Shown here: in pieces, positions 1 to 6,834 of the stretch
Numbering within the stretch: position 1 is the first letter of the stretch
How the letters are laid out: each line of letters begins with the position of its first letter
NCBI GenBank assembly: GCA_041498975.1
Contig: JBGQJI010000043.1
Coordinates: 1-16,900, forward strand
Direction of reading: 5' to 3'
DNA length: 16,900 nucleotides
From: Candidatus Methylomirabilis sp.
GTDB taxonomy: Bacteria > Methylomirabilota > Methylomirabilia > Methylomirabilales > Methylomirabilaceae
Notes under the pieces: model-generated
What the model saw: the letters and a program-made list of their open reading frames with translations, nothing else
The model's database searches: none
Told to the model about the DNA's origin: nothing
Translations under genes and position numbers: made by a program

Positions 1-112
1 CCACCGTCGCAACGGCCACGAACTTGGCGATGCCGCGCACCTGCCGCGCAAGGGTGACGTCCAAGGTGAGCTGGTCGCCGGGAACGACGGGCCGTTTGAA
101 ACGTGCCCGGTC
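1..112 (-). other. fabZ: Fragment of a FabZ-like 3-hydroxyacyl-ACP dehydratase (C-terminal half), in frame with the efflux MFP gene; probable chimeric junction
   Basis: Manual translation of the - strand gives (LYYFVGI)[37 protein letters not shown]. This matches the FabZ hotdog-fold signature YYFxGIDxARFKRPVxPGDQL...RGIxKF. Confidence 0.8.
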
Positions 113-1174
113 GATCCCGACGAAGTAATAGAGGGCTTCCTCCGGGATGAAGGCCACGTCATGGTCAAGCCGCGTCTGAATCCGGGCCTTGGCGAAGGAG
201 CCCGGCTTCAGCAGTCGCTCCCGGTTGGACACCTGAGCTTCGACGGGGAAGGTCCGGGTCTCAGTGAAGACCGACGGGCCGACGCGCGTGACGAGTCCTG
301 TGAAATCGCGGCCCGGATACGCCTCGACCTGAACCTTCACTCCCTGGCCGGACCGTATCTGCCCCTGGGATTGCTCCGGCACCGACGCCCTCAGCTTCAA
401 GGGGTCGTCGCGTACGACGACCATCAGCTTGGTGTTCTGCATGCTGCCGCCGGCGATGTACTGGCCGGCGGAGACGTCGCGCTGCTTGATCGAGCCGTCG
501 ATGGCAGACCGGACCACCGTGTATCCCAGGTTCCGTCTGGCCAAGTCCAGCGCAGCCTGCTGCTCGTTGAGCTGGTCGCGGAGGGACCTGACCTGATCCA
601 GGGCGCCGTCGACCGTCGCTTTCAAAGCGTCCCGCTTGGCCAGGGCGGTATCGACCTCGTTGCGCGAGACGGCCCCCTCTTTGTAGAGGCTCAGCATACG
701 TTCATACCACCGGGCAGCATCGTCGAGGTTGGCCTTGGCCTGGCGGACCGCCGACTGCTGATCGTCGGGAAGCGTCTCCTTGCCGTCCACCGCGCCGAGC
801 TTCGCCTGTGTCTGGCGGAGAATCGACTCGGCCTTTTGCACCTGCAACTTGAAGTCCGACTGGTCAAGCTGGAGCAGTGCTTGCCCTTCCTTCACCCGGT
901 CTCCCAAATCCACCGGGATCTTCTCGATATAGCCCGACACCTGGGCGTAGACAATGACCTCCTCGTCCGCCTCGAGCGTCCCGACCACCTCCACCAGCCG
1001 GTGGACGTCCCTGGCCTCGACGGGAGCCACCGTGATCGCCATGGTCTGCTCCTTTCCCCCAGCGGGAGCCACCTTCGCGGACTGCTCCCTCGAGCAGCCC
1101 AGTGCCAGCAACGATAGGAACACCGCGAGCGGCAACGAGCACATGAAGGCTCGCGGGAAGAAGGGGCCCCTCAT
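113..1174 (-). CDS. Efflux RND transporter periplasmic adaptor (MFP/HlyD family) lipoprotein; native 3' end missing (the frame stays open to base 1)
   Basis: ATG at 1174 overlaps the tetR stop (ATGA). Manual translation: [27 protein letters not shown] (lipobox-like) ...[44 protein letters not shown] (lipoyl half), a coiled-coil hairpin, [12 protein letters not shown], ...[29 protein letters not shown]...IPEEAL. It is not in the ORF track because there is no stop in the window. Confidence 0.92.
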
Positions 1175-1773
1175 CGTTCGATCCCTTTCAGGAAGATGGA
1201 CATGAATAGCTCGACCACCTCCTCAGGGGAGGAGCGGGGGGGACGTTTCACTCCGAAAACCTCATGCATCAACAGGTAATGGACGGTCATCCCGATGAAG
1301 CCACGCGCGGCGACGAGCGCATCGACCGACCGGAATCGGCCATCGTTGATCCTCTCTCGGATGTAGCTGCTCAGGAACTCGTGCAGGCGCCTGACTCGGG
1401 ATTCGAAGAAGATCTCGGACAACTCGTGCCCTTCGAGCGCGCTGAACAACAGGAGGCGCATGAGACTCGGGTCTCTCTCGGTCTGTTCCATCATTTTCAG
1501 GCCCACCGCCCGAAGCACGCCGGCGTCGTCTTTTTCTCGGGCGGCCAGAGCCGCGCTGGCAAGCAGTTCCTCCGTCTCGGACTTCGCCTCAATGATCGCG
1601 GAATAGAGCTCGCGCTTGGTGGCGAAGTGCTTGAAGATCATCGCTTCGCTGATGCCGGCGGCCTCTGCGATCTCGCGGGTCGTGGTCCCCCTGAAGCCTT
1701 TCCGAGAAAACAGATCGATGGCCGCGTCCACGATCTGTTGCCGCCGCTCCTCTCCGCTCAGACGCTCTTTCAT
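1171..1773 (-). CDS. TetR/AcrR family transcriptional regulator
   Basis: N-terminal [54 protein letters not shown]-like GAGGGA upstream; translationally coupled to the MFP gene. Confidence 0.96.
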   Translation of the reverse strand: MKERLSGEERRQQIVDAAIDLFSRKGFRGTTTREIAEAAGISEAMIFKHFATKRELYSAIIEAKSETEELLASAALAAREKDDAGVLRAVGLKMMEQTERDPSLMRLLLFSALEGHELSEIFFESRVRRLHEFLSSYIRERINDGRFRSVDALVAARGFIGMTVHYLLMHEVFGVKRPPRSSPEEVVELFMSIFLKGIER

Positions 1774-1805
1774 CTACAGTTCCCTCGTTATGCAAGTCAG
1801 GCCAG

Positions 1806-1853
1806 TGAGAAAGTGAGTGCTTACATACTTATCTCAGCAGCAAAAAATGTCAA
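1806..1853 (-). promoter_or_regulatory. Putative sigma70 promoter for tetR-MFP, overlapped by an imperfect palindrome (probable TetR operator)
   Basis: Perfect TTGACA on the - strand at 1853-1848. The imperfect inverted repeat TGAGA-AAGT-gagtgcttacat-ACTT-a-TCTCA (1806-1836) covers the -10/+1 region. The -10 match itself is weak. Confidence 0.6.
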
Positions 1854-1978
1854 GTCCCTTCGGAACGCCTTGAAACGTCAAGGGCGGTTTACAGCAGACG
1901 GCGTCCGTGGCAGGCAATCACGAAAGAAAGGCGGTGAGCCGTTTTGCTCAGGGGATGGTATTCTCTTTCGGCTGAACG

Positions 1979-2236
1979 CTACTCCGTCACTGTGAAGACC
2001 TGATCATGGGGGCGGACCCGCTCGCGGACCTTGATCCCGACAAGCTGACCGGGTTCCGCTCGCTGGAGTGGAACATGCTCAAGCTGCATCGTCTCCACGA
2101 GCTGCGTTAAATCGGTCGTGTGGCCCTTAATGTGGATGGTCTCACCCACCGATAGGTGGCCTTCGGTGATCTGGATCCCGGCCACGCCTACTTTGGCGAA
2201 ATACTCCTTCACGTGTCCCACCTTCATCTCTGGCAT
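1979..2236 (-). CDS. Small translation-elongation-factor-like beta-barrel protein (EF-Tu domain II / U32 peptidase C-terminal-like), 85 aa
   Basis: MPEMKVGHVKEYFAKVGVAGIQITEGHLSVGETIHIKGHTTDLTQLVETMQLEH...AEPGQLVGIKVRERVRPHDQVF; strong SD GAGGAGG just upstream of ATG 2236. The ORF-track start at 2326 looks over-extended. Confidence 0.8.
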   Translation of the reverse strand: MPEMKVGHVKEYFAKVGVAGIQITEGHLSVGETIHIKGHTTDLTQLVETMQLEHVPLQRAEPGQLVGIKVRERVRPHDQVFTVTE

Positions 2237-2361
2237 GGCATTCCTCCTCACCCTGATCGAGTGACGCGATCGCTGGAGCAAAAGGGCTTGAGATTGTCCG
2301 GAGCCTATCACGCCCTCGAACCCCATTCAAGCGGTTTCTCCCTCAGCGACGAGGATTCCCA

Positions 2362-2390
2362 TTGCTCTGTTTACCACCTGCATCTATAAT
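2362..2390 (+). promoter_or_regulatory. Putative sigma70 promoter for bioF-UPF0182
   Basis: TTGCTC (2362-2367), 17-nt spacer, TATAAT (2385-2390). Confidence 0.65.
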
Positions 2391-2433
2391 GCGTGAGGCT
2401 GTTCCGACTCATCATGGACGAGGGAGACCAACC

Positions 2434-3675
2434 ATGATTCCGACTCGTGAAGAATTGGATGCACAAGAGGGCGTGACAGCGTCGCTGCAGCGGGAACTCG
2501 ACACGCTCAGGTCGGACGGGCTGTACAGATGGCTCCGCAAGATCGACGGTGCGATAGGCCCCCGGATGCGTGTGGATGGGAGAGAAACGATCGTCCTTGC
2601 CGGGAGCGATTACCTCGGCCTGGCCTCGCACCCACGGCTGAAGGAGGCCGCCCGTCGGGCGATCGATCGCTATGGCTGCAGCGCTTCCGCAGCGCGTCTG
2701 ATCTCCGGGAACCATGACCTCTATCCTCAACTGGAGGGGCGGCTGGCCCGCTTCAAACAAACCGAGGCGGCGCTGGTATTCAGCACCGGATATCTGGCCA
2801 ACATTGGCGTGATATCCGCCCTGATGGACCCCCAGGATGTCGTGTTCAGTGATGAACTGAACCATGCCAGCATTGTTGACGGCTGCCGGTTGTCAAGGGC
2901 AGAGGTCAGGGTCTTCCCTCACAACGATGTCGCCGCCCTGGAGCGCCTTCTCGAAAGCGAGACCTCCGCCAGGAGGAAGCTGATCGTGGTGGATGGTCTG
3001 TATAGCATGGACGGCGACCTGGCACCCCTGGATGAGATCGTGGTTCTAGCTGAACGGTACGGTTGCATGACCATGGTGGATGATTCTCATGGAACCGGCG
3101 TGCTGGGGAAGGCCGGGCGCGGAACGGCGGAGGCGACAGGCATGCTAGGCCGCATCGACATTGAGACCGGCAGCCTTGCCAAGGCCCTCGGCGGCTTTGG
3201 CGCCTATGTGGTCGGCAGCCGAACACTCATCGAGTACCTGATCAATAGGGCCAGAAGCTTCATCTTTACCTGCGCGATGCCTCCTGCGGTCCTCGCCACT
3301 GTCCTGGAGGCGCTGGCCGTGATAGAGGAAGAGCCCGAGCGAAGGCAGCGACTCTCGGAGAACTGCCGGTACCTCAGAGAGGGCCTCCGTAAGGTCGGGT
3401 TTGACGTCGGCCGGAGCGAGAGCCACATCATCCCCTTGATGGTGGGAGAAGGCCAGCGCACCATGCGCTTCTGCCAGGAGCTCCTGGACCGCGGCGTCTT
3501 CGCACAGGGGATTCGCTACCCCTCTGTCCCACGCGGGACCGAACGGATACGTCTGACCCTCACGGCCTCGCACAGCAAGGCCGACCTGGATGCCGCCCTA
3601 AAGGCCATCGCCGAGACGGGGCAGGCCCTCCGCCTCATCTCATCCATTTGTAACCACAACCAACCAGCATCATAA
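2434..3675 (+). CDS. bioF: 8-amino-7-oxononanoate synthase-like PLP-dependent alpha-oxoamine synthase (class II aminotransferase)
   Basis: Motifs DYLGLASHP, ARLISGN, FSTGYLANIG, SDELNHASIVDG, DGLYSMDGD, DDSHG, GSLAKALG (PLP lysine), IRYPSVPRGTERIR. SD-like GAGGGAG precedes ATG 2434. Confidence 0.85.
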   Translation: MIPTREELDAQEGVTASLQRELDTLRSDGLYRWLRKIDGAIGPRMRVDGRETIVLAGSDYLGLASHPRLKEAARRAIDRYGCSASAARLISGNHDLYPQLEGRLARFKQTEAALVFSTGYLANIGVISALMDPQDVVFSDELNHASIVDGCRLSRAEVRVFPHNDVAALERLLESETSARRKLIVVDGLYSMDGDLAPLDEIVVLAERYGCMTMVDDSHGTGVLGKAGRGTAEATGMLGRIDIETGSLAKALGGFGAYVVGSRTLIEYLINRARSFIFTCAMPPAVLATVLEALAVIEEEPERRQRLSENCRYLREGLRKVGFDVGRSESHIIPLMVGEGQRTMRFCQELLDRGVFAQGIRYPSVPRGTERIRLTLTASHSKADLDAALKAIAETGQALRLISSICNHNQPAS

Positions 3676-3685
3676 AGGAGAAGCG

Positions 3686-6421
3686 ATGGCGCGACGCAGT
3701 GGCACCGCCGGCGAGCTAAGGGGCAGGCAAATCGGCCTCCTGCTGATCCTGCTGGTCATCTTCGTCCTGGGGAGTCAGACGGTCCCCCTCTACTCTGACT
3801 GGCTCTGGTTCCAGGAAGTCAAGCTGCCTTCTGTGTTCCTCACGATCCTCACGACACAGCTCATGCTGGCTGTGACCTCCGGCCTGGCTTTCGCGGCCCT
3901 CCTCTACGTGAACCTTTACCTCGCCAGCCGATTCACGGCCACCGATGTCCTCCTCGAGGTGGAGGACAGGTTCGGCCTCCCCAGCCGACTGGTCATCGAG
4001 CCGTATTTTCGCCGCCTCCTGATCCCCGGGGCACTCGGGCTTGGGGTGATTTCGGCTTTCCAGGCGTCCGCAGAGTGGAAGACGTATCTCCGCTTCGCCA
4101 ATCACCTTCCCTTCGGCGTGGTGGATCCGATCTTTCAGAAGGACGTCGGCTTTTATGTCTTCCGCCTGCCATTTCTCTCCTTCCTGTACAATTGGCTGAT
4201 AACCTCCTTCGGCATCACGTTCCTCCTGACCGCCCTGACCTATCTCCTCTTCAGGGGAGTTCAGGTGACGGCCAGGGGGCCGATCATTGCCCGCCTCGCC
4301 AGGGCGCACCTCCTCGCCCTCGGCGCGTTCTTGCTCCTGATCAAGGCCTTCGGCTACCGGCTCGATACATACCAACTCCTGTACTCGCCTCGCGGGGTTG
4401 TCTTTGGCGCCGGTTACGCCGAGATCAACGCGAACCTGCCTGCCCTGAATTTCCTCAGCATCCTCGCCGTCTTTGCCGCCCTCCTCTGCCTGGCGCAGAT
4501 CACCCAGCGCGGGTGGCGGTTGGTACTCGGAGGCCTCGGCCTGCTTGTTGTCGCCAGCATCATCGGCCTTGGCCTCTATCCGGGCTTCATCCAGCGATTC
4601 CGCGTCGCCCCGAACGAGATCGTCGCCGAAAGTCCCTACATCACGCACAACATCCGGTTCACTCGCCAAGCCTACGGGCTGGACCGAATCGACGAGCTGG
4701 AGTTCCCCGCTGAGGAGAACCTCACCCGGGAAGACCTGCGGCGGAACGACCTGACGATCAAGAACATCCGGCTCTGGGACCATCGCCCCCTGCTCACCAC
4801 GTACGGCCAGCTCCAGGAGATCCGGACCTACTACAAATTCGTGGACGTGGACATCGACCGATACCGGATCGACGGCGAGTACCGCCAGGTGATGCTTTCG
4901 GCCAGGGAGATGTCCTATCAACACCTCCCGAGTCGGAGCTGGATCAACGAGCACCTGATCTTTACCCACGGCTACGGCGTCGTCCTTGGGCCGGTGAACC
5001 GCATCACGCCGGAAGGCCTGCCGGAATTCCTCATCAAGGACATCCCTCCCGTCTCGACCGGCGCCATCAAGGTCACGCGCCCCCAGATCTACTACGGTGA
5101 GGTGGCCAACGACTACGTCATCGTGAAGACGCAGGCCCAGGAGCTGGATTACCCCTCGGGCGACAAGAACGTGTACACGGCCTATACCGGAGACGGGGGC
5201 GTCCCCCTCTCCACGCTGACCCGGAAGCTGCTCTTCGCCACCCGCTTCGGGACCATGAAGATCCTCCTCTCGCGCGATCTCAACGCCGAGAGCCGGATCA
5301 TGTACCATCGGCAGATCTCGGACCGGGTCAGGAAGGCGGCGCCCTTCCTGAACTTCGACGGCGACCCGTATCTGGTCATCTCCAAGGACGGCCGCCTCGT
5401 CTGGATCATCGACGCCTACACCATGTCGGACATGTACCCGTACTCCGAGCCCATCCGCGGGGTCGGCAACTATATCCGGAACTCGGCCAAGGTGGTGGTG
5501 GACGCTTACAACGGCAGCCTGGCCTTCTACCTGGCTGATCCAACAGATCCCGTCATCAACGCCTACGCCCGGGCCTTCCCGGGGCTGTTCAAGCCGCTGG
5601 AGGCCATGCCGGCCGACCTGAAGGCGCACATCCGCTATCCGCTGGGGATGTTCGCCGTCCAGACCAAGCTCTACAGCACCTACCACATGCGCGATCCCCA
5701 GGTCTTCTACAACAAGGAGGATCTGTGGAGCATCCCGAAAAAGGTGGTGGAAGGCCACGAAGCCGGGATGGAGCCGTACTACACCATCATGCGGCTTCCC
5801 GGCGACGAGAAGGAAGAGTTCATCCTCCTGCTGCCGTTCACGCCGAACAAGAAAGACAACATGATCGCGTGGCTGGCGGCCCGCAGCGACCCCCCCCACT
5901 ACGGCAAGCTGCTCGCCTACAACTTCCCCAAGGCCAAGCTGGTCTATGGCCCACGGCAGATCGACGCCCGCATCGACCAGGATTCCTTCATCTCGCAGCA
6001 ACTGTCGCTATGGAGCCAGCGCGGCTCCACGGTCATCCGGGGCAGCCTCCTGGCGATCCCGATCGAACGGTCGCTCCTCTACGTCCAGCCGCTCTACCTG
6101 GCGGCCGAGAAGGGGTCCCTCCCCGAGCTAAAGCGAGTCATCGTGGCCCACGGCAACCAGATCGCCATGGAGGAGACCTTGGAGGCCGCACTTGCCCGGG
6201 TCTTCGGTGGGCCGAGCCGAATGGCGGTCGGGGCGAGGCCAACAACAGGGGCACCGCTTGTTGAGGCTGACAGCTCCCTCAGGGCCCTGGCAGCCAAAGC
6301 CTACGACCACTACACGCGGGCGCAGGAACTGCTCAGGCAAGGAAACTTCGCCGGCTACGGCGAAGAGGTGAAGCGCCTGGAGTCCGTCCTCAAGGAACTA
6401 CGCGCCCGCGCCGGCAGGTAG
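3686..6421 (+). CDS. UPF0182 family integral membrane protein, 911 aa
   Basis: YSDWLWFQEV, DPIFQKDVGFYVFRLPF, PNEIVAESPYITHNIRFTRQAYGL, NIRLWD, DVDIDRY, WINEHLIFTHGYG, NYIRNSAKVVVDAYNG, FYNKEDLW, LYVQPLYL, PELKRVIV; multiple N-terminal TM segments; SD AAGGAG. Confidence 0.95.
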   Translation: MARRSGTAGELRGRQIGLLLILLVIFVLGSQTVPLYSDWLWFQEVKLPSVFLTILTTQLMLAVTSGLAFAALLYVNLYLASRFTATDVLLEVEDRFGLPSRLVIEPYFRRLLIPGALGLGVISAFQASAEWKTYLRFANHLPFGVVDPIFQKDVGFYVFRLPFLSFLYNWLITSFGITFLLTALTYLLFRGVQVTARGPIIARLARAHLLALGAFLLLIKAFGYRLDTYQLLYSPRGVVFGAGYAEINANLPALNFLSILAVFAALLCLAQITQRGWRLVLGGLGLLVVASIIGLGLYPGFIQRFRVAPNEIVAESPYITHNIRFTRQAYGLDRIDELEFPAEENLTREDLRRNDLTIKNIRLWDHRPLLTTYGQLQEIRTYYKFVDVDIDRYRIDGEYRQVMLSAREMSYQHLPSRSWINEHLIFTHGYGVVLGPVNRITPEGLPEFLIKDIPPVSTGAIKVTRPQIYYGEVANDYVIVKTQAQELDYPSGDKNVYTAYTGDGGVPLSTLTRKLLFATRFGTMKILLSRDLNAESRIMYHRQISDRVRKAAPFLNFDGDPYLVISKDGRLVWIIDAYTMSDMYPYSEPIRGVGNYIRNSAKVVVDAYNGSLAFYLADPTDPVINAYARAFPGLFKPLEAMPADLKAHIRYPLGMFAVQTKLYSTYHMRDPQVFYNKEDLWSIPKKVVEGHEAGMEPYYTIMRLPGDEKEEFILLLPFTPNKKDNMIAWLAARSDPPHYGKLLAYNFPKAKLVYGPRQIDARIDQDSFISQQLSLWSQRGSTVIRGSLLAIPIERSLLYVQPLYLAAEKGSLPELKRVIVAHGNQIAMEETLEAALARVFGGPSRMAVGARPTTGAPLVEADSSLRALAAKAYDHYTRAQELLRQGNFAGYGEEVKRLESVLKELRARAGR

Positions 6422-6461
6422 CATCCCCTCACTTCAACGACGCGTCCGCTCAACAGAAAAT

Positions 6462-6513
6462 TCGAATCGGGCCGGCTCGCCGCCTGGCTTCCCGAAGACC
6501 CTGATTCGACTTT
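6462..6513 (+). terminator. Possible terminator or structured hairpin after UPF0182
   Basis: TCGAATCGGG (6462-6471) pairs with CCTGATTCGA (6500-6509), with small internal hairpins, followed by only a short CTTT tract. Confidence 0.35.
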
Positions 6514-6539
6514 ACAACCCGGAGCTTGTCAATTATCCT
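6511..6539 (+). promoter_or_regulatory. Putative sigma70 promoter of the fad operon (implies a leader of about 290 nt)
   Basis: TTTACA (6511-6516), 17-nt spacer, TATCCT (6534-6539). Confidence 0.6.
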
Positions 6540-6609
6540 CAGAGTGATCGATAGCATCCCTTCGAATCGCCCACGTCTTGCCCCTTAGGGGGCTTCAAGC
6601 CTATGTGCT

Positions 6610-6812
6610 TCTTCGCGGGGGGGGGCGCAGCCCGGAGGCAATCTTGGCGAATTGCGAACTGCCTATTTGGGAATGCGGAATGAGAGGCAAGACCGTAGGG
6701 GCAGGGCATGCCCCGCCCAGGGAGGGCGCAGCAAGCAGCATCGCTACACATCCACAATCCGAAATGCACAACCCGCATTCTGAGGGATTGCTTCACCTCC
6801 GGCTCGCAATGA
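6610..6812. repeat. Nested composite palindromic repeat: outer TCATTGCGAG/GCAATC-type arms, middle heptamer arrays, inner REP doublet
   Basis: Outer arms: tcttcgcggg...ggaggcaatct (6610-6644) and gggattgcttc...ctcgcaatga (6784-6812). Middle: gcgaatt gcgaact gcctatt tgggaat gcggaat (6647-6681) and catccac aatccga aatgcac aacccgc attc (6749-6780). Inner: GTAGGGGC REP pair (6695-6747). Confidence 0.75.
6695..6747. repeat. GTAG-family REP doublet (REPIN-like)
   Basis: gtaggggcagggcatgccccgccc (6695-6718) and the inverted agggcgcagcaagcagcatcgctac (6723-6747). Each is a GTAG tetranucleotide plus a GC-rich imperfect palindrome. The right copy recurs at 10569-10593. Confidence 0.75.
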
Positions 6813-6834
6813 TGTGACTGAAACAGGAGGGATG

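Noticed and set aside
161..1117. 318-aa + strand ORF
   Set aside because: Antisense shadow of the MFP gene; no recognisable motifs.
1926..1946. Hairpin AAGGCGG-TGAG-CCGTTTT as terminator of the EF-like gene
   Set aside because: On the relevant - strand the stem is only about 3 bp; too weak to call.
3716..6001. 761-aa - strand ORF
   Set aside because: Codon-register antisense shadow of UPF0182, expected with very high third-position GC; no family motifs.
6539..6817. Short ORFs 6539-6796 (-) and 6578-6817 (+)
   Set aside because: They translate the nested repeat element; no coding signature or SD.
6546..6830. Known riboswitch, tRNA or T-box in the long fad leader
   Set aside because: No recognisable consensus of a known class; the structure is explained by repeat arms. 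An Rfam search was not possible.
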